Below are positions 19,708 to 30,008 of a DNA stretch of 64,000 nt, in pieces; the stretch's first letter is position 1; each line of letters begins with the position of its first letter. The stretch is from a bacterium (GTDB taxonomy: Bacteria > Verrucomicrobiota > Verrucomicrobiia > Limisphaerales > J093), in contig JAKANS010000008.1 in the NCBI GenBank assembly GCA_021823625.1, positions 26-64,025 of the forward strand, read 5' to 3'. The notes under the pieces were generated by a model, which was given only the letters and a program-made list of their open reading frames with translations, did not search any database and was not told the DNA's origin. The position numbers and the translations under genes are program-made.

Positions 19708-20394
19708 GTGAACGATCATGGGCACGAAGGTGATTTCGTCCGGGAAGACCCCTGGCGGGTGTTCCGGATCATGGCCGAATTCGTGGACGCGTTCGAGACC
19801 ATGACGCGGGTCGGCCCGGCGGTCACTGTCTTCGGCTCCGCGCGCACGAAGCGGGGTGACAAGTACTACGGCGTGGCCGAGACCCTTTCGCGCGAGTTGG
19901 CCAAGCACGGTCTGGCCACGATCACGGGGGGCGGACCCGGAATCATGGAGGCGGCGAACAAGGGCGCGGCCGCGGGCAAGGCGGCCTCGGTGGGGCTCAA
20001 CATCGCGTTGCCGCAGGAACAGAAAGGCAACCGCTACGCCACCGTGCCGCTGCACTTCCGGTACTTCTTCGCGCGCAAGGTGTGTTTCGTGAAATACAGC
20101 ATGGGCTTCGTGTTCCTGCCCGGCGGCTTCGGCACGCTGGACGAATTCTTCGAACTCATCACGCTGGCGCAGACCGACAAAATCCCGCGCTTTCCGCTGG
20201 TGCTGATCGGCCGCCGGTACTGGGACGGGCTGCTGCGTTGGGCGAAGCAGACTGTCGAAGGCGGCGGGTTCATCAGCCCCGGCGACCTCGAAATGGCGAC
20301 GTTGGTGGAAGACCCGCTGGAGGCGGCGGAGATCATCCTGGATTACCAGCGCCGCGTCGGCGCGCCGCGGACGGTGTCCAAGGCCTTCGCCTGA
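19708..20394 (+). CDS. LOG-family (TIGR00730) nucleotide phosphoribohydrolase
   Basis: VTVFGSAR, TGGGPGIMEAANKGA, YFFARK, PGGFGTLDE. Confidence 0.92.
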   Translation: MNDHGHEGDFVREDPWRVFRIMAEFVDAFETMTRVGPAVTVFGSARTKRGDKYYGVAETLSRELAKHGLATITGGGPGIMEAANKGAAAGKAASVGLNIALPQEQKGNRYATVPLHFRYFFARKVCFVKYSMGFVFLPGGFGTLDEFFELITLAQTDKIPRFPLVLIGRRYWDGLLRWAKQTVEGGGFISPGDLEMATLVEDPLEAAEIILDYQRRVGAPRTVSKAFA

Positions 20395-20420
20395 GCCGGC
20401 CCGCGCAAGCGCATCCCGCG

Positions 20421-21695
20421 ATGAGCAAGCCTTACGAGATTCACCGGTTCCCCAACGGCCTCACGCTGGCGCTGGCGCCCATGCCGGAGATGGCGAGCGT
20501 AAGCGTCGGCTTGTGGGTGGCGGTGGGCGGCCGGCACGAAAGCGCGACCCTCAACGGCGCGTCGCATTTCATCGAGCACATGCTGTTCAAAGGCACGCGC
20601 CGGCGCTCGGCCCGCGACATTTCGCAGGCGGTCGAGGGCGTGGGCGGTTACCTGAACGCCTTCACCAGCGAGGAGCACACCTGTTTTTACGCCAAGGCGC
20701 GCCACGACCGGTTCGCCGAGGTCTTCGACGTGCTGGCGGACATGTTTCTCAACTCCACGTTCGATCCCGGCGAAATGGAAAAAGAGCGGGCGGTGATCAA
20801 GGAAGAACTGGCGATGTACAACGACCAGCCCCACCACCGCGTCGAAGAATTGCTCAACGCCATCCAGTGGCCCGACCACCCGCTGGGCCGCCCGCTCACC
20901 GGCACCGAGGAAACCATCGCGAGCCTGACCCGCGAGGAACTCCTCGCCTATCGGCGCGAACGCCACGTGGCGCCGGCGGTGCTGGTGGCCGTGGCCGGGC
21001 GATTGCGCCCGCGCGAATGCCGGCGCGCCGCCGCCCGCCTGGCTGCCCGGGTCAGGACCGGCGCACTCCCGGAGTCTCTGCCGGTGCAACCGGTGAGGCG
21101 CGAGCCCGTGGTTCGCCTTGATCGCCGCCCCGCCGAGCAGACCCAGCTTGCATTGGGCGTGCGCACTTGCTCCCGGCACGACGACCGGCGCTATGCGCTT
21201 CGCCTCCTCAACGTGATCCTTGGCGAGAACATGAGTTCGCGGCTCTTCCAGGAACTCCGCGAAGACACCGGCCTGGCCTACAACGTGGCGAGTTCCCTGA
21301 GCTTTTTCGAGGATGCCGGCGACCTCGTGGTGGCCGCGGGGCTGGAGGCGGGCAATCTCCTCCAGGCGCTGCGCCTCACCGTCGCCGAATTCCGGCGGCT
21401 GAAAGCGAAGCGACCGGCCGCGGCGGAACTGCAGCGCGCCCGCGATTACGTGATCGGCCAGATCGACCTCAGCCTCGAAAACACCGAGCACCAGATGATG
21501 TGGCTCGGCGAACAACTCACCGGCTATGGGCGGACGTTCTCGCCCGCGGCCGTGAAACGCCGGCTGGTGCGGGTGACCGGCGCGGAGGTGCAGGCCGCGG
21601 CGTGTGATTTCTTTCGTCCCGAGCGACTCAGCCTGGCGCTGGTCGGCCCGGTGCGAAGCCGGACGGGTTTGAAGGAGTTGTTGGCCCGGGTTTAG
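20421..21695 (+). CDS. M16 (pitrilysin) family zinc peptidase
   Basis: Inverted zinc motif HFIEHMLFKGT, NAFTS, SSRLFQELRE. Confidence 0.93.
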   Translation: MSKPYEIHRFPNGLTLALAPMPEMASVSVGLWVAVGGRHESATLNGASHFIEHMLFKGTRRRSARDISQAVEGVGGYLNAFTSEEHTCFYAKARHDRFAEVFDVLADMFLNSTFDPGEMEKERAVIKEELAMYNDQPHHRVEELLNAIQWPDHPLGRPLTGTEETIASLTREELLAYRRERHVAPAVLVAVAGRLRPRECRRAAARLAARVRTGALPESLPVQPVRREPVVRLDRRPAEQTQLALGVRTCSRHDDRRYALRLLNVILGENMSSRLFQELREDTGLAYNVASSLSFFEDAGDLVVAAGLEAGNLLQALRLTVAEFRRLKAKRPAAAELQRARDYVIGQIDLSLENTEHQMMWLGEQLTGYGRTFSPAAVKRRLVRVTGAEVQAAACDFFRPERLSLALVGPVRSRTGLKELLARV

Positions 21696-21719
21696 GCGCG
21701 GGGTGCGTCTGGCCTGGGA

Positions 21720-21750
21720 AAAAGCAAAAAGGGACGGCCGCCCGTCCCTT
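21720..21750 (-). terminator. Intrinsic terminator after the DUF481 gene
   Basis: Stem AAGGGACGG/CCGTCCCTT followed by TTTGCTTTT on the minus strand. Confidence 0.7.
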
Positions 21751-21781
21751 GCGCAAATCGAGGAGGAGGATCCGCCCGCGG

Positions 21782-22540
21782 CTAGAAGGTGTAGCCCACG
21801 CCGGCGATGAGTTTGAAATCGTTTTCCTTGCGCTCCGTGGCCGGACGGCTGCGGTAGGTATCCTGGGCAATCACTCGGAGGTCCAGATGCTCGGTGAGCT
21901 TGGTGGCAACGCCAATTTCCGCGTTCATCACATACTCAGCCCAGTCGTCCACCCGTGGCTGGTAATCGAAGGTCTGCCAGAGTTTGGCATTCTTGTTGAT
22001 CTGCCAGGTGAACTTCTCGCCGAACCGGATCGTGGCATAGGTGCTTTCGTCCTCTCCGAATAGTTTCTCCACCACGAAGCCGGGGCCGACTTCGCCACTC
22101 AGAGTGAACTTGTCGTTCTTGAGCACGTAGTAGCCAGCACCGGGGCCGATCGTCACGCGGTAAGCGATCGACGCGATGTCGTCGTGCAAGGCGTCCACGC
22201 GGCCATAGACGTAGAACCGGTCGGTGAACAGGTGGTTGTACTGTCCAAAGCCGGTGGCCGAGGAGGCGTTCACCGTGCCGTGGTCCTGGCCGTAGGTCAC
22301 TCCCGCTCCGAAAGCCAACTCGTCCCGGGTCCATTTCCGCTCGGTGTTCAGGCCGGCGGTGACGGTGGTGGTATCGGTGTTGCCCCGCGTGAGGGTAGCG
22401 CCCAACTGGGCCGTGGTCTTCCAGCCCTTGGGGGCTTCGGCCGTCTGGGCCAGCGCAGTGGTGGCGATGGCGGCGAGGCCGAGGCCGGAGAGGACCGCCA
22501 CGGTCGTGGGTGTTGTTGATGTTGCTCTCACTGCTCGCAC
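21782..22540 (-). CDS. DUF481/YdiY-like outer membrane beta-barrel protein
   Basis: Signal peptide ending ALA|Q, LTRGNTDT, GPGAGYY, alternating strands, C-terminal GVGYTF. Confidence 0.85.
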   Translation of the reverse strand: MRAVRATSTTPTTVAVLSGLGLAAIATTALAQTAEAPKGWKTTAQLGATLTRGNTDTTTVTAGLNTERKWTRDELAFGAGVTYGQDHGTVNASSATGFGQYNHLFTDRFYVYGRVDALHDDIASIAYRVTIGPGAGYYVLKNDKFTLSGEVGPGFVVEKLFGEDESTYATIRFGEKFTWQINKNAKLWQTFDYQPRVDDWAEYVMNAEIGVATKLTEHLDLRVIAQDTYRSRPATERKENDFKLIAGVGYTF

Positions 22541-22720
22541 TGATTCGTTGATTAGTGGTTTCGTTGTTCATCCCCGCCAACCTTCGTCGCCCGCCGGCCT
22601 TTGCCGGCACCGCGGGGAAAGTTGTCCAAGCGAAGCGCGGTTTCGCGGACACACGCCTGGACATCCGGGAGACGCACATACAGGCTTGCCCGGTCGGCGT
22701 CAAGCGGGCCGGAACCCCGG

Positions 22721-22802
22721 AGTGTCCTGATCGGGTGGCGGCGGGCTGCCGCACCGCGCGGCGCCGCCGCCACGGCGTAGCGCCCCATCTGAAATCAGGA
22801 CC
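22721..22802. repeat. Dispersed ~85 bp repeat, copy 3 (inverted, more diverged)
   Basis: Reverse complement GTCCTGATTTCAGATGGGGCGCTACGCCGTGGCGGCGGCGCCGCGCGGTGCGGCAGCCCGCCGCCACCCGATCAGGACACT. Confidence 0.75.
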
Positions 22803-22964
22803 TTACCGGAGCCCGATTCCGGCCTCGCGGGAGGCGTTTCGAGGGGCCTCCACGCGTCCAGAGGCACCGCTTTACACGCCAATTAATGATAATCCTTTCA
22901 CAATTGGCGGGCAGCGGCAGGGGCGTCGCTGGCGGGATAGTGTCCGCGAGTTGCGAGGCAGCCA

Positions 22965-23987
22965 ATGCAATCCAACGCGCATGTGAACGGACCAGCCACG
23001 GCCTTGGGAAACGCCAGGCCGGGGGACGCGCCTGCCCGCGCGAACGCCCCCGGCGAGAGCCCGTCCGCCGGGCGCTCGCCCGCAGCGCCGGGTCGGGAAA
23101 ATTCCATCGAAGAGCGGGCCATGCCAACGCCCTCCGGCGGCAATCGCTGGGAAACCGCTTTCGGTTACGCGCGCAATTTTCTGCACAACCGCTTCGTCTA
23201 TGTCGTGGTGTCGCCGCGGGCGCACGGTTTGTCCGTGGGGATCAACCTGAACCCCGACAAACAGTGCAATTTCGACTGCATCTACTGCGAGGTGAACCGC
23301 GAGGTGCCGCCGCGCGAGTCGCACCTGGACGTGCCGGTCATGGTCCGGGAACTCAAGCATACGCTCGCGCTGGTCCGCGACGGCAAGCTCCACGACGTGC
23401 CGGGCCTGCAATCCCTGCCGGAAGAACTGCTGCAACTCCGCCACATCACCCTGAGCGGCGACGGCGAACCCACGCTCTGCCCGAACTTCAGCGAGGCGGT
23501 CCAGGCCGTTCTGCACGTGCGGGCACTCGGCGATTTTCCGTTCTTCAAAGTGGTGCTGGTTTCCAATGCCACCGGGTTGGACCAACCCAACATCCAGGAC
23601 GGCCTGCGGGCGCTCACGCCGAAGGACGAGATCTGGTTGAAGCTCGACGGCGGCACCACCGCCTACATCGAGCGGGTGGACCGGCCGAAGGTGCCGCTCG
23701 ATAAGGTGCTCGCCAACATCCTCCTGATCGCCCGCCAGCGGCCGATCGTGATCCAGAGCCTCTTTCCCAAACTGGGCGGTGAGGAGCCGACCGATGAGGA
23801 AATCGCCGCGTATGTCGCGCGGTTGCGCGAACTCAAGGAGGCCGGCGCCCTGATCTCGCTGGTGCAGGTCTATTCGGCCATGCGCCCCACCCTGCACCCG
23901 GATTGCCGCCACCTGCCGCTCCGCGCCTTGTCGCGCATCGCCCACGCCGTGCGCGCCGGCGCCGGCCTGCGCGCGGAAGTTTTCTGA
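22965..23987 (+). CDS. Radical SAM protein (COG0731-like; start may be ATG 23121)
   Basis: CNFDCIYC, SGDGEPT, WLKLDGG. Confidence 0.88.
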   Translation: MQSNAHVNGPATALGNARPGDAPARANAPGESPSAGRSPAAPGRENSIEERAMPTPSGGNRWETAFGYARNFLHNRFVYVVVSPRAHGLSVGINLNPDKQCNFDCIYCEVNREVPPRESHLDVPVMVRELKHTLALVRDGKLHDVPGLQSLPEELLQLRHITLSGDGEPTLCPNFSEAVQAVLHVRALGDFPFFKVVLVSNATGLDQPNIQDGLRALTPKDEIWLKLDGGTTAYIERVDRPKVPLDKVLANILLIARQRPIVIQSLFPKLGGEEPTDEEIAAYVARLRELKEAGALISLVQVYSAMRPTLHPDCRHLPLRALSRIAHAVRAGAGLRAEVF

Positions 23988-24061
23988 GTCATCGCCCGCG
24001 GCGGCGAAGTGCAAATCGCTGGCAGAACTCGGGCGTTCTGCGACAGTGCCGCCGGACACCG

Positions 24062-25813
24062 ATGAAGCCGCCCCTGCCCGCCACGAACCGCGCCCATTTT
24101 GGCGCTCGCATTCTTCACGACCCCATTCTGGCCCTCGCCTGGGCGTGCGCCGGTCTGGCGTCCATCCTGCCGGGCGCGTCGGCCGCAGACACAACCGCCT
24201 TCCCGGTAAACATCCGCGTGGACGCGGCGCACCCCACCGGGCCGCTTCGCGCCATCTGGCGGTTCTTTGGCGCGGACGAGCCGAACTACGCCACCCTGAC
24301 GAATGGCCGGCGGTTGATCGCCGAACTGGGCGAACTCGCGCCGCAATCCGTCTATTTCCGCGCGCACAACCTGCTCTGCTCCGGCGACGGCACCCCCGCC
24401 TTGAAATGGGGTTCCACCGGCGTTTATCGCGAGGATGCCCAAGGCCACCCCATGTATGACTGGAAATTGCTGGACGGCATTTTCGACACATACCTTCAAC
24501 GGGGCGTGAAGCCTTACGTGGAGATCGGCTTCATGCCCCGGGATCTCTCGGTCAAACCCGAGCCGTACCAACATCACTGATCCCCCGCTGCCAAGTACGA
24601 CGAGATCTTCACCGGCTGGGCTTACCCGCCGAAGGACTACGTCCGTTGGGGCGAACTCGTCTATGAGTGGACCCGGCATTGCGTGGAAAAGTACGGCCGC
24701 GCCGAGGTTGAGCGCTGGTGCTGGGAAGTCTGGAACGAAGCGAACATCGGCTACTGGCGCGGCACGCCTGCGGAGTTTCGCAAGCTGCACGACTACGCGA
24801 TCGACGGCGTCCGCCACGCCTTGCCGACCGCCCGGGTTGGCGGCCCGGACAGCGCCGGTCACGGCGGCCAGTGGACCCGCGACTTTCTCGAACATTGTCT
24901 GCGCGGCACCAACTACGCCACCGGCCGGATCGGCACGCCGCTCGACTTCGTTTCGTTCCACGCCAAAGGCGCCCCCACTTACGTGGATGGCCACGTGCGG
25001 ATGGGCATCGCCGCCCAACTCCAGACCATCGACGAAGGTTTCCGGCTGGTGGCGTCGTTCCCGGAGTTGAAGGCCACGCCGATCATCCTCGGCGAATCCG
25101 ATCCCGAAGGTTGTGCCGCCTGCCAGGGACCCCAGCTCGGCTATCGCAACGGAACGATGTGCGCGTCGTACACGGCGGCGAGTTTCGCCCGCAAGCTCGA
25201 CCTGGCAGAACGCCACGGCGTGAACTTCGAAGGCGCGTTGACGTGGGCCTTCGAGTTCGAGGACCAGCCTTACTTCGTCGGGTTCCGCTCGCTTGCCAGC
25301 AACGGCATCGACAAGCCGGTGCTGAACGTGTTTCGCATGTTCAGCCAGATGCGCGGCCGGCGCCTGGCCGTGCACAGCGATGCCGCCGTGCCGCTCGACA
25401 CGATGCTGAAGAGCGGCGTGCGCGGCCAACCGGACGTCGCCGCGCTCGCCAGCAGGGACGACGACCAACTGTGCGTGCTGGTTTGGCATTACCACGATGA
25501 CGATCTACCGGGTGCGGCAGCGGAGGTAACCTTGAGCGCCAGCGGTCTGCCGTTGGCGAAAGGCTCGGCCCAGATTCAGCATTTCCGGATCGATCAGGAC
25601 CACAGCAATGCCTTCACCGCCTGGCAACGCCTGGGTTCGCCGCAGCAGCCGACCGCCGGGCAGTACCGCCAGCTCGAACAGGCCGGGCGGCTGTCCGTTC
25701 TCGGCGGACCGGCCCAAGCCGAGATCGTGGACGGCCAGGCGGCCCTCCGCGTCAGCCTGCCGCGGCAGGGGGTGTCGCTGTTGGTGCTCACTTGGAAAGG
25801 CACGGCCCGCTAA
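24062..25813 (+). pseudogene. GH39 beta-xylosidase interrupted by one in-frame TGA (24578-24580)
   Basis: FFGADEPNY, PYVEIGFMP, WEVWNEANI, SFHAKG, GESDPEGCAAC; both ORF halves share a frame and the intervening sequence is coding (TGWAYPPKDY). Confidence 0.85.
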
Positions 25814-26055
25814 CCGCCTGGCAGGTCCCCATTACCTGCCGCCCGCCACCAGCCGGTGAACGACCCAAACCGGGCCCGGGACGTGGAATCTCATGGCCGA
25901 CTTCAGATCAATTTCTTTGGTAACCAAACCGGGGCGCGAGGCGTCTTCGGTCAGGTCAACCATCATGTCCCCGCAACAGGAAACCGAAAACCGCCAGGCG
26001 ATTCGTGTCGCCGGGGCGATAGGTCTGTGATTCAGGCCAACTTCCCCCAATCGCC

Positions 26056-27405
26056 ATGCAACGCTTCACTCCCGGCTTTTGCCTCTTGATCGTCGGCCTG
26101 CTCTCCGCCCGGGCAGTCGGTGCGGACGCTGTGACCGCCAACTGGCCCGCCTGGCGCGGCCCGCTGGCGACCGGCGTCGCCCCGCAAGGCAACCCACCCG
26201 TGACCTGGAGCGAGACCAGCAACGTGAAATGGAAGGTCGCGATTCCCGGCCGCGGCAAGGGCACGCCGATCGTTTGGGACGATCTCGTGTTCGTCCAAAC
26301 CGCGACCCCCACCGGCCAGAAGGCGACGCCTGCGGCGGAAGCGCCCGGCGCCAGTCGCCCAACCGGCGGACGCGGTGGCGGGATGAGTACTGAACGACCG
26401 ACCGAGTCTTATCGATTTGTCCTGCTTTGCCTGAATCGTCGGACCGGCCAGACGGTTTGGCAGAAGGTGCTGAGCGAACAAGTCCCCCACGAAGGACACC
26501 ATCCAACCGAGGGTTCCTTCGCGTCCGCGTCGCCGGTCACGGACGGCCAGCGCGTTTTCGCCTACTTCGGTTCGCGCGGCCTGTACTGCCTGGACTTCCA
26601 GGGCAATCTCAAGTGGTCGAAGGACCTCGGCCGGATGCAGATCAAGATGGCGTTTGGCGAAGGCAGTTCGCCTGCGCTGTCCGGCGGCAAATTGGTGGTG
26701 AACTGGGACCAGGAAGGTCCGTGCTTTATCGCGGCGTTCGACACCAACTCCGGCCATGAGCTGTGGCGCCAACCCCGCGAGGAAGGCACCTCCTGGGCGA
26801 CACCGTTGATCGTTTCTCACGACGGCCGGACCGAGGTGATCACCTCCGCGACGCGCAAGATTCGCAGTTACGATTTGGACACCGGCAAGCTGCTCTGGGA
26901 ATGCGACGGCATGACGCAGAACGTCATCCCGACGCCGGTGGCCGGCGATGGACTGGTCTTCCCGATCAGCGGCTTTCGCGGCAGTTCCCTGCTCGCCATC
27001 CGGCTGGGCCGCACGGGCGATCTCACCGGCAGCGACGCGATTGTCTGGCAACACCACAAGAGTACACCTTACGTGCCGTCGCCGTTGCTTTACGGCAACC
27101 GGCTCTACTTCCTCGCCAACAACAATGGCCTGCTCTCGTGCTTCGACGCCAAGTCCGGCAAAGCGTTGATCGACGCGGAACGGCTGGAGGCGTTGCCGGG
27201 CGTCTATGCTTCGCCGGTGGGCGCTCACGACCGGGTTTACCTCGTTGGGCGCAACGGCACGACGCTCGTGATCAAGGCGGCCGACAAACTCGAAATCCTG
27301 GCCACCAACCGCCTCGACGACCAGTTCGACGCCTCGCCGGCCATCGCGGGCCGCGAACTGTTCCTGCGCGGGATGCAAAACCTTTACTGCCTGGCCGGGG
27401 ACTGA
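26056..27405 (+). CDS. Secreted PQQ-like beta-propeller repeat protein
   Basis: NWPAWRGP, NVKWKVAIPG, SPVTDG, SWATP, PYVPSP, ASPAIAG. Confidence 0.9.
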   Translation: MQRFTPGFCLLIVGLLSARAVGADAVTANWPAWRGPLATGVAPQGNPPVTWSETSNVKWKVAIPGRGKGTPIVWDDLVFVQTATPTGQKATPAAEAPGASRPTGGRGGGMSTERPTESYRFVLLCLNRRTGQTVWQKVLSEQVPHEGHHPTEGSFASASPVTDGQRVFAYFGSRGLYCLDFQGNLKWSKDLGRMQIKMAFGEGSSPALSGGKLVVNWDQEGPCFIAAFDTNSGHELWRQPREEGTSWATPLIVSHDGRTEVITSATRKIRSYDLDTGKLLWECDGMTQNVIPTPVAGDGLVFPISGFRGSSLLAIRLGRTGDLTGSDAIVWQHHKSTPYVPSPLLYGNRLYFLANNNGLLSCFDAKSGKALIDAERLEALPGVYASPVGAHDRVYLVGRNGTTLVIKAADKLEILATNRLDDQFDASPAIAGRELFLRGMQNLYCLAGD

Positions 27406-27466
27406 ACCGGTCCGCGGCCGACGGTGAAGCGCAGATCGTTAAATCAAAACCAGAAGGACAGAACCC

Positions 27467-28176
27467 ATGAAGACACAGATCCTGATCGGAGCGGTGACGC
27501 TGCTGGCGACTTCCTTGCTCGCGGCAGACGCCAAGGACGAGATCAAGGCCGCGGCGAAGAAACTCGCCGATTCCAGCGGCTACGCCTGGAAGGCCACCAC
27601 CGAAGCCGGCGGCGGCGGCCGGTTCCGGGCCGGCCCGGTCGAAGGCATGGCGACCAAGGACGGCTTGGTGTGCCTCAAAATGACCTTCGGCGAAAACACC
27701 ACGGAAGCATTCGTGAAGGGCGAGAAAGGCGCCATCAAGACCGACGAAGGCTGGCAATCGCTGGCCGAAGCGGCGGAAGGTGGCGGCGGCGGCCAGCCGA
27801 ATCGCGGCCGTTTCATGGGCCGGATGCTCCAGAATTACAAGGCACCCGCCGCCCAGGCCGTGGAGTTGGCCGAGCAAGCCAGGGACCTCAAAGCGGAGGG
27901 CGACGTCTGCAGCGGCGCCTTGACCGAAGACGGCGTGAAGGCACTGGTGACCTTCCGTCGCGCGGGCGGCACCGCCCCGAAGTCAGCGATGCCAAAGGCA
28001 CGGTCAAGTTCTGGGTCAAGGACGGCGTCCTGACCAAGTACGAGTACCACGTCCAAGGCAAGGTCACCTTCAACGAGCGGGAGATGAACATCGACCGCAC
28101 CACGACCGTTGAGATCAAAGACATCGGCAAAGCGAAGATCGAAGTGCCGGAGGAAGCGAAGAAGAAGCTTTCTTAA
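27467..28176 (+). pseudogene. Secreted hypothetical protein split by a single-base frameshift near 27975-27978
   Basis: The signal-peptide ORF 27467-28033 continues in another frame as PEVSDAKGTVKFWVKDGVLTKYEY...EEAKKKLS; one extra C in the CCCC run restores it. Confidence 0.7.
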
Positions 28177-28292
28177 GCCTGCTCGTTTGCCCGTGCGAGG
28201 CTGCGGTTGGCAACACCGCAGCCTCGTTCGTTTTCGGGGGCCGCCGATGACCGATTTGCCCCTGGGAACCCAACCTGCTTCGTTACCTGGCA

Positions 28293-30008
28293 ATGACCGA
28301 TCCCCAGATCGCAAGCCTGCTCATCCAACTTTACGGACCCGGCGCCGCGGGTGTTCAAGCACCGCTCGATGCCTTGCTCGCCCGCCACATCGCGACGCAC
28401 CCACCCAAGGCTGCCGCCCGCCAGCGCGTGCCACTCACCGCTGCCGACGTGATGCTGATCACCTACGGCGACCAGGTGCGCGAGCCGGGCATCCCGCCGC
28501 TGCGCACGCTCGCCGGGTTCTGCGAGCGTCATCTGCGCGGCGGCGTCAGCGCCGTCCACCTGCTCCCGCATTATCCATACACCTCGGACGACGGCTTCGC
28601 GGTCACGGACTACCGCGCGGTCAACCCGAACCTCGGCACCTGGGAAGACGTGGCCGCGCTGGGCCGCTCGTTCGATCTGATGTTCGACGCGGTCTTCAAC
28701 CACCTCTCCGCGCAAAGCGGCTGGTTCCAGCGCTTCCTCGCCGACGATCCGGCCTTTCGCGATTTCTTCGTCACCGTCGAAGGCAACCCTGATCTCTCGC
28801 AGGTGGTGCGGCCGCGTGCCCTGCCCTTGCTAACCGAGTTCGCCAGCGCCTCCGGCCCGCGACGCGTCTGGACCACCTTCAGCGCCGATCAGGTGGACCT
28901 CAACGTGCGCAACCCGGCCGTCCTGCTCGCGTTGTTGGACACGCTGTTGTTCTACGTTGCCCGCGGCGCGCGCTTCCTGCGGCTCGACGCCATCGCATAT
29001 CTCTGGAAGGAAATCGGGACGCCTTGCATCCACCTCCCACAAACGCACGCGGTCATCCAGCTCATGCGGGCGGTGCTGGACCGCGCGGCGCCCGAAACAC
29101 TTTTGATCACGGAGACCAACGTGCCGCACCGCGACAACCTCAGCTATTTCGGCAACGGCACGAACGAGGCCCAACTCGTGTACAACTTCGCCTTGCCGCC
29201 GCTCGTCTTGCACGCGCTCCTTCGCGGCAATGCCACCCACCTGGCGCACTGGGCCGCGGCGCTGCGCCTGCCTTCCGACCAGGTGACGTTCCTCAACTTC
29301 ACCGCGTCCCACGACGGCATTGGCTTGAACCCGGTCCGCGGCATTCTGCCCCCGGCGGAAATCGACTTCCTGGTGGACCGCTGCCAGGCCCACGGCGGCT
29401 TCATTTCGTACAAGGACAATCCGGACGGCTCGAAGAGCCCGTACGAGATGAACATCGTCTATTTCGACGCGCTCTCGAACGCTGCGGCCGGCGAGGAGTT
29501 GGATGTGCAAGTCAAGCGGTTCCTGGTTTCGCAGGCCATCATGCTCGCGCTCCCCGGCCTGCCAGGCATCTACGTCCACTCGCTGCTCGGCTCGCGCAAC
29601 GACCGTGAAGCCACGCTGGCCAGCGGCATCCCGCGACGCATCAATCGACGCAAGTTCCTGCGCGCCGAACTGGAGCGCGAACTCACGAATGCGAATTCGC
29701 TTCGCCACCGCGTCTTCGCGGGCTATCGCCGCCTGTTGGCAGCGCGCGTGCGCCACCCGGCGTTCGGGCCGCTCGCCGCTCAGCAAGTGCTGCAATTGCC
29801 GCCGACGGTTTTTGGCCTGCTGCGTTCGACCTCGGATGAAACCCTGCTCGCGTTGCACAACCTGACCCGCGAACCCGTAAGCCTGCGACTGCCGGCCGAA
29901 GCCAACCCGCGAAACGGTTGGCGATCCTTGTTGGCACCGACGGCGACGCCGTTCAACAGCACCGTCACGCTTGCGCCTTACGAAGTCCTTTGGGCCGCCG
30001 CGGGCTGA
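28293..30008 (+). CDS. GH13_18 phosphorylase, probably glucosylglycerate phosphorylase
   Basis: SDDGFAV, WTTFSADQVDLN, RLDAIAYLWK, ITETNVPH, SHDGIG, PYEMN. The ETN and YE residues suit glucosylglycerate rather than sucrose phosphorylase. Confidence 0.88.
   Translation: MTDPQIASLLIQLYGPGAAGVQAPLDALLARHIATHPPKAAARQRVPLTAADVMLITYGDQVREPGIPPLRTLAGFCERHLRGGVSAVHLLPHYPYTSDDGFAVTDYRAVNPNLGTWEDVAALGRSFDLMFDAVFNHLSAQSGWFQRFLADDPAFRDFFVTVEGNPDLSQVVRPRALPLLTEFASASGPRRVWTTFSADQVDLNVRNPAVLLALLDTLLFYVARGARFLRLDAIAYLWKEIGTPCIHLPQTHAVIQLMRAVLDRAAPETLLITETNVPHRDNLSYFGNGTNEAQLVYNFALPPLVLHALLRGNATHLAHWAAALRLPSDQVTFLNFTASHDGIGLNPVRGILPPAEIDFLVDRCQAHGGFISYKDNPDGSKSPYEMNIVYFDALSNAAAGEELDVQVKRFLVSQAIMLALPGLPGIYVHSLLGSRNDREATLASGIPRRINRRKFLRAELERELTNANSLRHRVFAGYRRLLAARVRHPAFGPLAAQQVLQLPPTVFGLLRSTSDETLLALHNLTREPVSLRLPAEANPRNGWRSLLAPTATPFNSTVTLAPYEVLWAAAG

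Noticed and set aside
21936..22754. Frameshifted alternative start for the DUF481 gene (MNNETTNQ...)
   Set aside because: In-frame GTG starts already give a complete signal peptide, so no frameshift is needed.
24578..24580. Selenocysteine or genetic code 4/25 readthrough
   Set aside because: The context suggests Trp rather than Cys, no SECIS-like element was recognised, and TGA is the normal stop for many genes here.
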